A DNA stretch of 63,966 bases, filler included, from an uncultured bacterium (GCA_964372275.1; 4 parts of 4 records of this genome joined end to end with filler, not necessarily neighbours in it); one strand, 5' to 3'. Shown: positions 20,715 through 29,419, counted from the first letter of the whole stretch. The notes: generated by a model not told the origin, from the sequence alone. Program-made: numbers and translations.

Positions 20715-22301
20715 CTACTGGAGGTCTCCGTCGAAGTCGTACTTGGCCAGAAATCCGTCCCGGTCCCCCAGGCTTTCGTTCCCGTCGATCCCTCCGTGCG
20801 TCCACCCGCCGACGTACACCGCCCGCTCCGCCGCCACGACCGAGGTCCCCCAATCCATTTCGGTCGTCCCCAACAGCCGAACCCACTCCAGTTCCAACTG
20901 GGGATTCCATTTCGCGAGGAACAGGTCGTACTGCCCCCTCGCTTGCTCGCCGTTCCAATCACCGCTTGTACTTCCGACGACGTAGACCGACGCGTCTGAA
21001 TCGGTCCCGACATCGTACGGTTCGTCGCCTTGATCGCTTCCGATCTGATCGCTCCACGAAACGTTGCCCGCTCCATCGAACGCAATCAAGACGACGTCGA
21101 ACGAGCCGAGAGCATTATTTCCCATGAGTGCTGTTTCGGTTCGTCCTACGACGAAAACGTGACCGTTCTCATCGACGGAAACCGCTTCTCCAACGTCTGT
21201 GCCAATGTCTCCGACCTGTCGAACCCATTGCAAGACTCCGCTCGCTGAATACTTCGCGAGAAACAAGTCCTCGGATCCGTTGGCGGTTCCTTGCAGCAGC
21301 CCCTTGGTTTTTCCGGTCACATATGCCGCGCCGAATTCGTCGACGGTGATTCCCAGACCAACGTCCTCATCGCCAGTGCCCAGCTGGCGAATCCACTGCT
21401 GATTCCCTTCGGGAGAGTACTTTGCCACGAAGGCGTCGAGCCCTCCTTGGTTTGCGCCATCGAGGCTACCCGAGGTCGATCCGGCGACGTACACCGCACC
21501 CAGGCTGTCCACGGCGACGGTATTCGCGATGTCGGTTCCGCCGGACGTGATGCTTCGATTCCAGAGCTTCGTCCCGGTGGAATCGTATTTCAACAGGACG
21601 GCGCCGGCGGTCGCGAGGTCGATTGCGCCTCCGGCCCCCGCCGCGACGGTGTTTCCGGACGCGTCGACCGCTAGATCGAAGATCGAATCCTGCTGCGAGG
21701 TGCCGAGTTGGCGCGTCCAGATCGTGTCGCCGGAGCGGTCGAGGGCTTTCAGGAAGAGATCGTCGAATCCCTGCGGGCTGTAGGGCGCAAATCCGCCGCG
21801 CGTGACACCGGCGATGACGATCTGGTCCTCCCAGACGGCAATCCCCTGGACTTCGTCGAATTGGTCCGTCCCGACTTGCCGCGTCCCGATCCATCCGGGT
21901 GGGCGAGCGGTGACCTGGGTCGATGGTGGCCCTTCGCCGTTCTCATTCACGGCGACCACGACGAAACCGTAGGTGACGTCGTTCTCCAGATCCTCCTTGG
22001 TGAAGGTACAGCATAGGACTGCGGCGTCGGCGTCGGCCCGCTCCAACGTCGGGGTCCACGCCGACCAGGGTGCCTCCGCCGAATAGATCGAGTAGTGCGT
22101 GACGTCGTCCTCTTCGAGGGGCGCGTCCCAGCGAAGGGTAACCGTTCCGATTCCGGCGCTTGCGGTGACCGCGGTCGGAGCGGCGGGGTAGTTCAGTCGG
22201 ATCTTGGTGTAGGAGTCGCAACCATCAAGGACCAGGCCGAGTGGAATCGTCACGAGGAGAACGAATCGAGGCCGCTCGTTTCGAACCGCTTCGCAGCTCA
22301 C
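20715..22301 (-). CDS. FN3 + SBBP-repeat beta-propeller lipoprotein
   Basis: GTG start overlaps the upstream TGA. Lipobox-like LDGC. FN3 (LRWDAP...YGFVVVAVNENGEGPPS). Repeated W.RQ.GT...D....AVD..G.VYV.G.T units. Confidence 0.85.
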   Translation of the reverse strand: MSCEAVRNERPRFVLLVTIPLGLVLDGCDSYTKIRLNYPAAPTAVTASAGIGTVTLRWDAPLEEDDVTHYSIYSAEAPWSAWTPTLERADADAAVLCCTFTKEDLENDVTYGFVVVAVNENGEGPPSTQVTARPPGWIGTRQVGTDQFDEVQGIAVWEDQIVIAGVTRGGFAPYSPQGFDDLFLKALDRSGDTIWTRQLGTSQQDSIFDLAVDASGNTVAAGAGGAIDLATAGAVLLKYDSTGTKLWNRSITSGGTDIANTVAVDSLGAVYVAGSTSGSLDGANQGGLDAFVAKYSPEGNQQWIRQLGTGDEDVGLGITVDEFGAAYVTGKTKGLLQGTANGSEDLFLAKYSASGVLQWVRQVGDIGTDVGEAVSVDENGHVFVVGRTETALMGNNALGSFDVVLIAFDGAGNVSWSDQIGSDQGDEPYDVGTDSDASVYVVGSTSGDWNGEQARGQYDLFLAKWNPQLELEWVRLLGTTEMDWGTSVVAAERAVYVGGWTHGGIDGNESLGDRDGFLAKYDFDGDLQ

Positions 22302-23461
22302 CGTCCGGCGACCTGGAAACGCGGCTTGGGGGCGAGGGAGAGGAGGAAGAGCTTCAGCGGTCCCTGCTCCTGGGCCGAGAGCGCGAGGTACTTGTCGCGC
22401 GCGGACGCCGCTTCGCCGCCGTGGGCCTTGATCGCCAGGTCGAGGGAGGCGAGCGCGCGGCCGTCGTGCAGCCACGGGGGGGAGACGGCGACCCCCCAGA
22501 GCGGCGGCGTGAGCCAGAGCCGGTTCTCCCCCTGCGCCAGCTCGTACCCTAGGTCGTGACGCTTCAGGTCGGTGAAGGCGGCGATGCGCGTGCCGTCGGC
22601 GAGGGTCATCGACGGGACGTGGCAGGTGGCGCAGCCGAGGTCGGAGAAGAGCCGCTCCCCGCGCGGGAACTTCTCGTAGAGATCGGCCAGTCGGACGGAG
22701 TCGGGGGGCTCGAGGGAGGGGACGGGGAGGGCGGCGAGGAAGGCGGCCAGCGCGGACCGTTCCCCTGCATCGAGCTCGATCCCCAGGGCGTGCGTCCCCA
22801 TGTGGCCGATCGCCTCGTCGAGCGTGGCCCAGCGACCGGTCCGTCCGAACGGGCGAACGACCAGGTCGGCCGCGACCCCGTCGGGCGAACCGCGCGTCCC
22901 GAAGGAGACGCCGTGCGTCCGCAACGGCAGGCCGCGCGAAGCCTGCGCCTGGATCTCGGCCGTCATCTCGGCGGCGAGCCGCTCCAGCAAGGCGCTCCCG
23001 GCGAGGGCCGGCGGATTGCGGCCGTCGAGCTGACCGTCGACGAGCCCTCCGCCTCCGCCAGGTCCGCCTCGCCAGTGGCAGGACATGCAGCGCGTCGTGC
23101 GGGTGAGCGGCCGGCGTTCCCCGGGCACCGGGACGTCGAGCAGGAACAGGTCGTAGCCGATCTCGGCGAGCGCGGCACGGCCGGCCTCCCCGGCCGCAAG
23201 CGCCTCTTGCAGAGCCTTGCGGCGGTCCGCCGCCGCGCGCGCCGGATCGGCGGCCGCCGCGAGGCGACGCTGGTGCCACTGCTCCGACTCGGCGAGCGCC
23301 CGATAGGCGTCTGCCATCGGCAACTCCGCCAGGCGCCCGTCGTCGATCGCCGGCCGGTCGCTCGCGGGCGGCCGGCGGAATCCCAGCGCGTGAAGCCCGG
23401 CGGCGGTGGAGGCGATCGCCACCGCCGCGACGGCGAGCAGCCGGATCCCCGTCGCTCTCAT
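22298..23461 (-). CDS. Di-haem oxidoreductase (DHOR) family protein 2
   Basis: CMSCH and CATCH; FTDLKRHDLG; TPPLWG...PWLHDGRA...HGGEA; N-terminal signal/anchor. Confidence 0.85.
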   Translation of the reverse strand: MRATGIRLLAVAAVAIASTAAGLHALGFRRPPASDRPAIDDGRLAELPMADAYRALAESEQWHQRRLAAAADPARAAADRRKALQEALAAGEAGRAALAEIGYDLFLLDVPVPGERRPLTRTTRCMSCHWRGGPGGGGGLVDGQLDGRNPPALAGSALLERLAAEMTAEIQAQASRGLPLRTHGVSFGTRGSPDGVAADLVVRPFGRTGRWATLDEAIGHMGTHALGIELDAGERSALAAFLAALPVPSLEPPDSVRLADLYEKFPRGERLFSDLGCATCHVPSMTLADGTRIAAFTDLKRHDLGYELAQGENRLWLTPPLWGVAVSPPWLHDGRALASLDLAIKAHGGEAASARDKYLALSAQEQGPLKLFLLSLAPKPRFQVAGR

Positions 23462-24957
23462 CGGTAGTCGATCCGCGGGAGGCGGGTGAGCGAGGTGAGG
23501 AAGACGCGCAGTTCCGCCTTCGCCCCCGGCGGAAGGCGCTCGAACGCGTCCCGTTCGTCCTGCGCCTCCCCTCCGTGGAGGAGGATGGCGTCGTCGAGCG
23601 TGGCGGCGCGTCCGTCGTGCAACCACGGGCCGGTGTCGGCCAGACCCCAGAGCGGCCGGGTCAGGAACTGGTCGGCCGGAACGCCGCTGGGGTGGTCGCG
23701 ACGGTCGGCGAGCCCCGGACCCATCGCGTGTCGCTTCAGGTCGCTGAACAGGAAGATCGGGACCGCGTCCCGGTCGAAGGCGTCGGTGCGCGGACGCGGC
23801 GCTTCGCCGTCGACGAACAGGTCGACCTGCAACCCCTTCCCGATCTCGAGGATCGCCTTCCCCAGGGTCAGCGCCGGCACGTGGCAGGAGGCGCAGCCGA
23901 TCGATTCGAACCGCGCAGCCCCTCGACCGTGCGCCGACCGTAGCTCCGGATCGATCGGCGGGATCATCACCGGGATCTCGAGGAGGGAGAGGTAGGTCAC
24001 CATCGCGGTGACCATCCCGTCGAGGAGCTCGTTGGGCGACCCGTCCTGGTCCCGGTCCCACGGCGTGCCGCGGCCGGGGAGCTTCGCCTCGGCAAGTTGC
24101 ACCCCGTGGTGCCGCTGGAAGCCGTCGGCAACGAAGTCGCGCAAGGTGGCGACGTTCCCCTTCCACCCGAACGGCTTCACCACCAGGTCGGCATCGACCC
24201 CCACCACCTCGCTCGTGTCGAGGCTTCCGTCGGGGAGACCGGTGACCCGCCCGAAGGAGATCCCCTTGGAACGGAGCTCGAAGGTGGAGGGCTTCCCGTT
24301 TTGCCGCGCTGTCAGAAGGGCGTAGTCACGGGGCTGGCGAAGGTCGGCCGTCATCTCCTCGGCCAGCCGCTGGACGATCCCCATGCCGAGGGTGTGCGGC
24401 GCGTTGCGCTCGAAACCGCTGTAGGGATCGGTCCCGTCGCCGTCGAAGAAGGCGTTCTGGCTCATCTCCCCGGCGCCGTCGAAACCTCCGCGGCGGTGGC
24501 ACTCGGCGCAGGAGAGCGCGTCGGGTCCTCCGGTCTTGCCGCGGTGGACGCGGGACAGCCCCGGGCCGAAGCCGTCGGCGTCGGTCATGTCGTGCTCGAA
24601 CAGCTCGTCGCCGAGGAGGAAGATCCACTCCCGTTTCCAGAGACCGCGGTCGATGGCGCTCTGGTCGACGCGCAGGTCGGAGGAGAGCTCGCCGGGGTCG
24701 ACGGCGTCGACGAACCGCTCCCAACGGCCGCGGTCGTAGCGCTCGAGCGCTTCGGTCGCGCGGTCCGCGAGCAGCGCGCGGTCGGCGGAGAACGGGGCCG
24801 TCGGGGGGGCGCGTCGGTACGGCGGGAGGTCGCCGACCGAAGGGTAGGCCGTGGTGGCATTGAGGTCGGCAGGGGCCTGTTCGTCTACCCGGGCGCAGGC
24901 CCCCGCCGGCACCCCCATGAGCACCGCAACGACCCAGTGGCGTATCCGCCTCGTCAT
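23458..24957 (-). CDS. Di-haem oxidoreductase (DHOR) family lipoprotein 1
   Basis: Lipobox AGAC; CAECH and CASCH; KPFGWKG; FSDLKRHAMG; TRPLWG...PWLHDGRA...HGGEA. Confidence 0.88.
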   Translation of the reverse strand: MTRRIRHWVVAVLMGVPAGACARVDEQAPADLNATTAYPSVGDLPPYRRAPPTAPFSADRALLADRATEALERYDRGRWERFVDAVDPGELSSDLRVDQSAIDRGLWKREWIFLLGDELFEHDMTDADGFGPGLSRVHRGKTGGPDALSCAECHRRGGFDGAGEMSQNAFFDGDGTDPYSGFERNAPHTLGMGIVQRLAEEMTADLRQPRDYALLTARQNGKPSTFELRSKGISFGRVTGLPDGSLDTSEVVGVDADLVVKPFGWKGNVATLRDFVADGFQRHHGVQLAEAKLPGRGTPWDRDQDGSPNELLDGMVTAMVTYLSLLEIPVMIPPIDPELRSAHGRGAARFESIGCASCHVPALTLGKAILEIGKGLQVDLFVDGEAPRPRTDAFDRDAVPIFLFSDLKRHAMGPGLADRRDHPSGVPADQFLTRPLWGLADTGPWLHDGRAATLDDAILLHGGEAQDERDAFERLPPGAKAELRVFLTSLTRLPRIDYR

Positions 24958-24982
24958 CGGCCGGACGATCCTACCACGATGG

Positions 24983-25020
24983 AAAAAACGAAAGGCCGGG
25001 AGCGTCGCCGCCCCCGGCCT
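24983..25020 (-). terminator. Intrinsic terminator after the three Cys-rich paralogs
   Basis: Minus strand AGGCCGGGGGCG-GCGA-CGCTCCCGGCCT followed by TTCGTTTTTT. Confidence 0.8.
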
Positions 25021-25041
25021 CGTTGGGATCTCGTCGAGCGC

Positions 25042-25767
25042 CTAGCTCTTGCAGCAGGCGATCGGCAGCGTCGTCGCGCAGGAGATGTTCGCTTCGACCT
25101 TCAGCGACAGCGAGTTCGGAACGTCCATCGTCGAACCGTTCTTCGGGTCGTTCTGGACCACGGTCACCTTCGAGCCCCGGTAGAGCGTGTCGGAGCCGGT
25201 GGTCCACATGGCGCAGGTGCCCTTGAAGTTGTTCTCTCCGGTGTCGGTTCCCGAGCCTTGGACCGACGACTGGTCGGTGAAGACGGCGAACTGCTGGTTG
25301 TCGGTCGCGAGCACCCCCTTCAGCAACGCCCTCTTCATCTCCTCCAGCGAGCAGACATGCGAACCCGCCGTCGGACCCGGCGTCGGTCCGGTCAGCGTCG
25401 TCGTCTGGCAGAGCTCGTTCGCCGCCTTGAGGCCGATGCTTCCGGTCGTTCCGTTCTTGATCGCCATCCCGACGCTGGTTCCGTCGTTCTCGGTGTAGTA
25501 GCCGAGGTAGTCGCCGATGGTGGTGGTCGTCGGCGTAGCGAGCAGCGTCGAGTCGCCGGCAATCGCCTTGCCCGATCCCGTCCCGACGTCGATCGAGATC
25601 GTCGGCGGGGTGGTGTTCGAGTCGCACTTGATCCCCGGACCGGCGGTGAAGGAGCCGCATCCGAGGGCCGCCTGCTTCGTCATCTTGACCGCGTCGTCGC
25701 TCTTGTGCGCGCCGGAACATCCGGTCGCGAGGGCCGCCGCAAGGGCGCCCATCCAGATCCGCTTCAT
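25042..25767 (-). CDS. 8-Cys secreted lipoprotein, paralog C (endostatin/DUF1554-like C-terminal pattern)
   Basis: SD GAGGAGG; lipobox ATGC; AANELC...HVCSLEE...CAMWT...C...IACC. Confidence 0.8.
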   Translation of the reverse strand: MKRIWMGALAAALATGCSGAHKSDDAVKMTKQAALGCGSFTAGPGIKCDSNTTPPTISIDVGTGSGKAIAGDSTLLATPTTTTIGDYLGYYTENDGTSVGMAIKNGTTGSIGLKAANELCQTTTLTGPTPGPTAGSHVCSLEEMKRALLKGVLATDNQQFAVFTDQSSVQGSGTDTGENNFKGTCAMWTTGSDTLYRGSKVTVVQNDPKNGSTMDVPNSLSLKVEANISCATTLPIACCKS

Positions 25768-25828
25768 GAGACCTCCTCGGTCGAGTTCGATTCGTTGAAG
25801 TTGAAAGATCATCGAGTCCCTCTCAGGA

Positions 25829-26548
25829 TCAGCGGCAGCACGCGACGCGCGAGGCGACGCTGCAGTCCTGCAGGGCGGTGAACTTGATGCTGTTCGCCTT
25901 CCCGACCTCCGCGAGGTTGTCCGGATCGGAGTCGACGATCTCCCACTTCGTCCCCTTGCTTCCGGTGGCCAGCGAGTTGGTCCACCCGTCGCAGTTGGCG
26001 TAACGGTTGTAGATGGTGCCGGCCCCTTCGACGTAGGAGTGGTTGGGGAGCGCGGCGCCGTTCTCGCCCAGCGCGATCGTGCCGGCGGCGGCGTTCATGA
26101 TCAGCTCGGCGTTCGAGCAGGCGTGCGCCCCCGCGTACGACCCCGCCGCCGCATGCGGCCCCGGGTAGGGACCGGTCAGCGTCGACGACTTGCACAGCGC
26201 ATCGGCCGCACGCACGCCGGTCAGGCCGCCGCTGGCGACCTTTTGGCCCGTCGCGTTGCTGAAGTAGCCCAGGTAGGTCCCCGGCGACATCAGCCGGATG
26301 TCGGTACCTTCGGCCACCTTGCCCGCTCCGCTGCCGAAGTCGAGCTTCAGCGTCGGCGGAGTCGTCGTGCTATCGCAGATCACCCCCGAGCCGGCGGTGA
26401 TGTCGGCGCAGGAGAACGCTCCGTCGTCGTCGTCGTCGTCGTCCGCTCCGTCGTCGTCGTCGGAGTCGGTTCCGGTGCTACCGCAAGCGACCGCCGCCGT
26501 GACCAGGGCCGCCCAGAACAGCTTCTTCATCAGATCGAAGTTCTTCAT
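25829..26548 (-). CDS. 8-Cys secreted lipoprotein, paralog B
   Basis: Lipobox AVAC, poly-Asp linker; GVRAADALC...HACSNAEL...CDGWT...C...VACC. Confidence 0.8.
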   Translation of the reverse strand: MKNFDLMKKLFWAALVTAAVACGSTGTDSDDDDGADDDDDDDGAFSCADITAGSGVICDSTTTPPTLKLDFGSGAGKVAEGTDIRLMSPGTYLGYFSNATGQKVASGGLTGVRAADALCKSSTLTGPYPGPHAAAGSYAGAHACSNAELIMNAAAGTIALGENGAALPNHSYVEGAGTIYNRYANCDGWTNSLATGSKGTKWEIVDSDPDNLAEVGKANSIKFTALQDCSVASRVACCR

Positions 26549-26557
26549 GGTGGGCTC

Positions 26558-27205
26558 CTAGTCCTTGCAGCAGGGGATGACGCCCGCGCAGTTGCCGGCG
26601 CCGTTGGTGAAGGTGAAGACCGCCTGGTCGGCGCTGCTGCCCGCCGCGCCGTCGACGACGTTGCTCACCAACGTGAAGCGCGTGGCGCCGCGGTGCGTCG
26701 CCAGGTCGCCCGAGTTGTAGGTGTATCCGCCGCAGCTGGCGCGCCAGCTCGACTGGAGGTTGTCGGACCCCTCGACGAACGGCGTCTCCACCAAGACGAA
26801 GGCGTTCGCCGCCGAGGCGAGGTTGTTGCCTTCGCGCACGTTCTTGGCGAGCTCGTCGGGCGAGCACGGATGGCTGTTGGCGTAGGACGCGACGCAGCTT
26901 TCCCGGCCGCCCCGGTAGCCCACGTAGTTATTCAAGACGACGTTGCCGTCGCCTTCGGTGCGATTGCCGACGTAGTCGCCGGTGTCGGCGAACCATTGGT
27001 CGAGGGCGGCGATCCGGGTGTCGAGTCGCGTGTCGTTCCCCTGGACGACCGTCCCGGCGGTCGTGCCGAAGTTCACCGACAACGTGCCCGACGCGCACGT
27101 CAGACCGGTGAAGGTGAACGACGTACAGAAGTCCGCTGCCGCTGCCCCCGTGCTCGCGAGCGCCGAAACGCCCAGCAGCAGGGTACAGAACATGATTCTC
27201 TTCAT
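26558..27205 (-). CDS. 8-Cys secreted protein, paralog A
   Basis: Sec signal ending AAAA; FGTTAGTVVQGNDTRL; ESC...HPCSPDEL...CGGYT...C...IPCC. Confidence 0.8.
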   Translation of the reverse strand: MKRIMFCTLLLGVSALASTGAAAADFCTSFTFTGLTCASGTLSVNFGTTAGTVVQGNDTRLDTRIAALDQWFADTGDYVGNRTEGDGNVVLNNYVGYRGGRESCVASYANSHPCSPDELAKNVREGNNLASAANAFVLVETPFVEGSDNLQSSWRASCGGYTYNSGDLATHRGATRFTLVSNVVDGAAGSSADQAVFTFTNGAGNCAGVIPCCKD

Positions 27206-27264
27206 TGAGAAGTTCCCCCCGAGAATGCCCTGGTTCAAAGCCCTGACCGGCTGAAACAAGAGGA

Positions 27265-27355
27265 ATGATAGGTCCGACCGATTTGCCAATTCAAATTCAA
27301 TAATGGGCACGCGGCTGCCGATCTCGCCGGCACCCAAACCGTTGGACTTCCAACG
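27265..27355. promoter_or_regulatory. Divergent promoter region with putative operator
   Basis: Minus-strand TTGAAT-18-TATCAT (27294-27265); AT-rich ATTTGCCAATTCAAATTCAATAAT; inverted repeat CGTTGGA-CT-TCCAACG (27340-27355). Confidence 0.45.
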
Positions 27356-27437
27356 AAAGAATACGAAGCGTTCGGTCGGCCGGATGCCCCGAAAAAAGCC
27401 GGCCCGGACCCTCGGGGGCGGCGGTAGAATGGACGTC

Positions 27438-28106
27438 ATGGGTCTTCGGCCGCCCGGGGGGGAGGCGCCGCCGCCTCGTCTCGACCGCCGCGAGATGATC
27501 AAGAAGGCCGGCGGCTGGGTGATCCTCGCCAGCGCCGTCGGCGGCTCCGCCCTCGTCGGCACGAGCTGCGGCCGCACGGAGCTCGGCGATCCGCTGGCGA
27601 ACGGTCTCGACGGCGTGCCCACCACCCCCGAGACCGAGACGCCGCCTCCGCCGACGGAGACGGCGACGGCGACCGCGACCGCCACCGAAACCGAGACGCC
27701 GCCTCCGACGCCGCCGCCGACCAACGCCTGCACCGGCAACACCGACCTTCCGGGAACGGCGACGACCCTGACGACGGCCGACATTCCCGTTGGTCAGGTG
27801 CGCTACTTCTCCGCGCTCTCCGTCTTCGTCTGTCACGACGCGTCGGGCTTCTATGCGATGTCGTCGCTTTGCACGGCGCATGGCTACAACCTTGGAACGA
27901 CCGGCACCTGGAGCCAAAGCAACTTGGCGGGCGATTTTCTTTGTAGCGGGCATCAAGGGAGCAAGTTCAGCGAGAACGGGGCGGTCCTCACCGGTCCCGC
28001 GACAACTCCGTTGCCGCACAAGGCCCTCGGCGTGAACCAAGACGACAACAAGATCTGGATCGACGTCAACGCCACGGTCCCCGCGAACACCCGGTGCAAT
28101 CCGTAG
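27438..28106 (+). CDS. Tat-lipoprotein with atypical Rieske-fold domain, paralog 1
   Basis: TAGAAT 7 nt before ATG; DRREMIK Tat motif; GTSC lipobox; Thr/Pro linker; FYAMSSLCTAHG...CSGHQGSKF...GPATTPLPH. Confidence 0.82.
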   Translation: MGLRPPGGEAPPPRLDRREMIKKAGGWVILASAVGGSALVGTSCGRTELGDPLANGLDGVPTTPETETPPPPTETATATATATETETPPPTPPPTNACTGNTDLPGTATTLTTADIPVGQVRYFSALSVFVCHDASGFYAMSSLCTAHGYNLGTTGTWSQSNLAGDFLCSGHQGSKFSENGAVLTGPATTPLPHKALGVNQDDNKIWIDVNATVPANTRCNP

Positions 28107-28107
28107 C

Positions 28108-28788
28108 ATGCGCAGCGTCGATGCGAACGCGCCGGCGGCCCCGATCGGCCGTCGCGAGATGATCAAGAGGGCCGGTGGCTGGGTCATCCTGGCCAGCGCC
28201 GTCGGCGGATCGGCGCTCGTCGGGAGCAGCTGCGGTCGAACCGAGCTCGGCGATCCGCTCGAGGGGATCGGCGAAGTCCCCACCACGCCTGGAACCGAGA
28301 CGCCGCCTCCGACCACCGGAACGGCAACGGCGACCGCGACCGCCACCGAAACCGAGACGCCGCCTCCGACGCCGCCGCCAACCAACGCATGCACCGGGAT
28401 GGCGAATCTGCCGGGTACGGCGACGACACTGACGACCGCCGATATTCCGGTCGGACAGGTACGCTATTTCTCCGCCCTGGGCGTCTTCATCTGTCGCGAC
28501 GCGTCGGGCTTCTATGCGATGTCGTCGCTGTGCACCGCGCACGGCTTCAATCTCGGTTCGACCGGAACCTGGAGCCAATCCAACGTGAGTGGTGGCTTCA
28601 CCTGCAGCGCGCATCAGAACAGCGTATTCAACGGTAACGGAGTCGCGACGGGCGGTCCGGCGCTCACGTTGCAGCCCGGCGGCGGCGGCAATCTTCCACA
28701 CAAGGCCCTGGGAGTGAATGCCGACGACAACAAGATCTGGGTCGACACCAACCAGACGGTCGCCGCCAACACCCGATGCAATCCGTAG
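28108..28788 (+). CDS. Tat-lipoprotein with atypical Rieske-fold domain, paralog 2
   Basis: GRREMIK; GSSC; CTAHG...CSAHQNSVF...GPA...LPH. High DNA identity to paralog 1. Confidence 0.82.
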   Translation: MRSVDANAPAAPIGRREMIKRAGGWVILASAVGGSALVGSSCGRTELGDPLEGIGEVPTTPGTETPPPTTGTATATATATETETPPPTPPPTNACTGMANLPGTATTLTTADIPVGQVRYFSALGVFICRDASGFYAMSSLCTAHGFNLGSTGTWSQSNVSGGFTCSAHQNSVFNGNGVATGGPALTLQPGGGGNLPHKALGVNADDNKIWVDTNQTVAANTRCNP

Positions 28789-28819
28789 GCGCGAATTCGG
28801 GTAAGATGGAAGGCTCCAG

Positions 28820-29419
28820 GTGCGAAACGGGAAGCCAACGCCGGAGTGTGCAGAAGCGACGTCGCGTCGGGAGGCGGTCTTCCGGCTCGGCGGGTGGATG
28901 ATCGTCTCCGGCGTCGCCGGCGCATCGTTCGCCCTCGGGAGTTGTGGACCGCGCGTCTTCGACACCGAGGAGGAGGGGGCGACGGGCGACGACGACGACA
29001 ACTTCGTCGACCCGTCGCCGACGGCGGCGCCCGAGAACGCTTGCACCGGTGTTCCGGATTTGCCGGGCGCCGTCACGCCGCTGACGACGGCCGACATCCC
29101 CGTCGGGCAGGTGCGGTACGTGGCGTCGATGAGCATGTTCATTTGCCACGACTCGTCGGGGTTCTACGCCATGACGTCGCTTTGCACCGCGCACGGCAAC
29201 AACATGGGCACGCAGACCGGCTGGAATCCGAGCAATTTGAGCCTGGGCTTCACCTGCACCCACCAGAACAGCAGGTTCGGACCGAACGGGAACGTCACCC
29301 AGAGCCCGGCGACGATCGCGCTCGCCCACAAGGCCCTCGGCGTCAGCGCCGACGACGGACGCATCTGGGTCGACGTCAACTCCACCGTCCCGGCCAACAC
29401 CCGCTGCAACCCGACCTGA
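28820..29419 (+). CDS. Tat-lipoprotein with atypical Rieske-fold domain, paralog 3
   Basis: SRREAVF; LGSC; acidic linker; CTAHG...CTHQNSRF...SPATIALAH. Confidence 0.8.
   Translation: MRNGKPTPECAEATSRREAVFRLGGWMIVSGVAGASFALGSCGPRVFDTEEEGATGDDDDNFVDPSPTAAPENACTGVPDLPGAVTPLTTADIPVGQVRYVASMSMFICHDSSGFYAMTSLCTAHGNNMGTQTGWNPSNLSLGFTCTHQNSRFGPNGNVTQSPATIALAHKALGVSADDGRIWVDVNSTVPANTRCNPT

Noticed and set aside
27304-27319. Sigma-54 promoter TGGGCACGCGGCTGCC before the Rieske-like genes
   Set aside because: Spacing fits only out of register with GGCAC and there is no TTGC; TAGAAT at 27425 is a better promoter.
27630-28390. Repeated ACCGAGACGCCGCCTCCG units as a CRISPR or tandem array
   Set aside because: They encode the Thr/Pro linkers of duplicated genes; no repeat-spacer periodicity and no cas genes.
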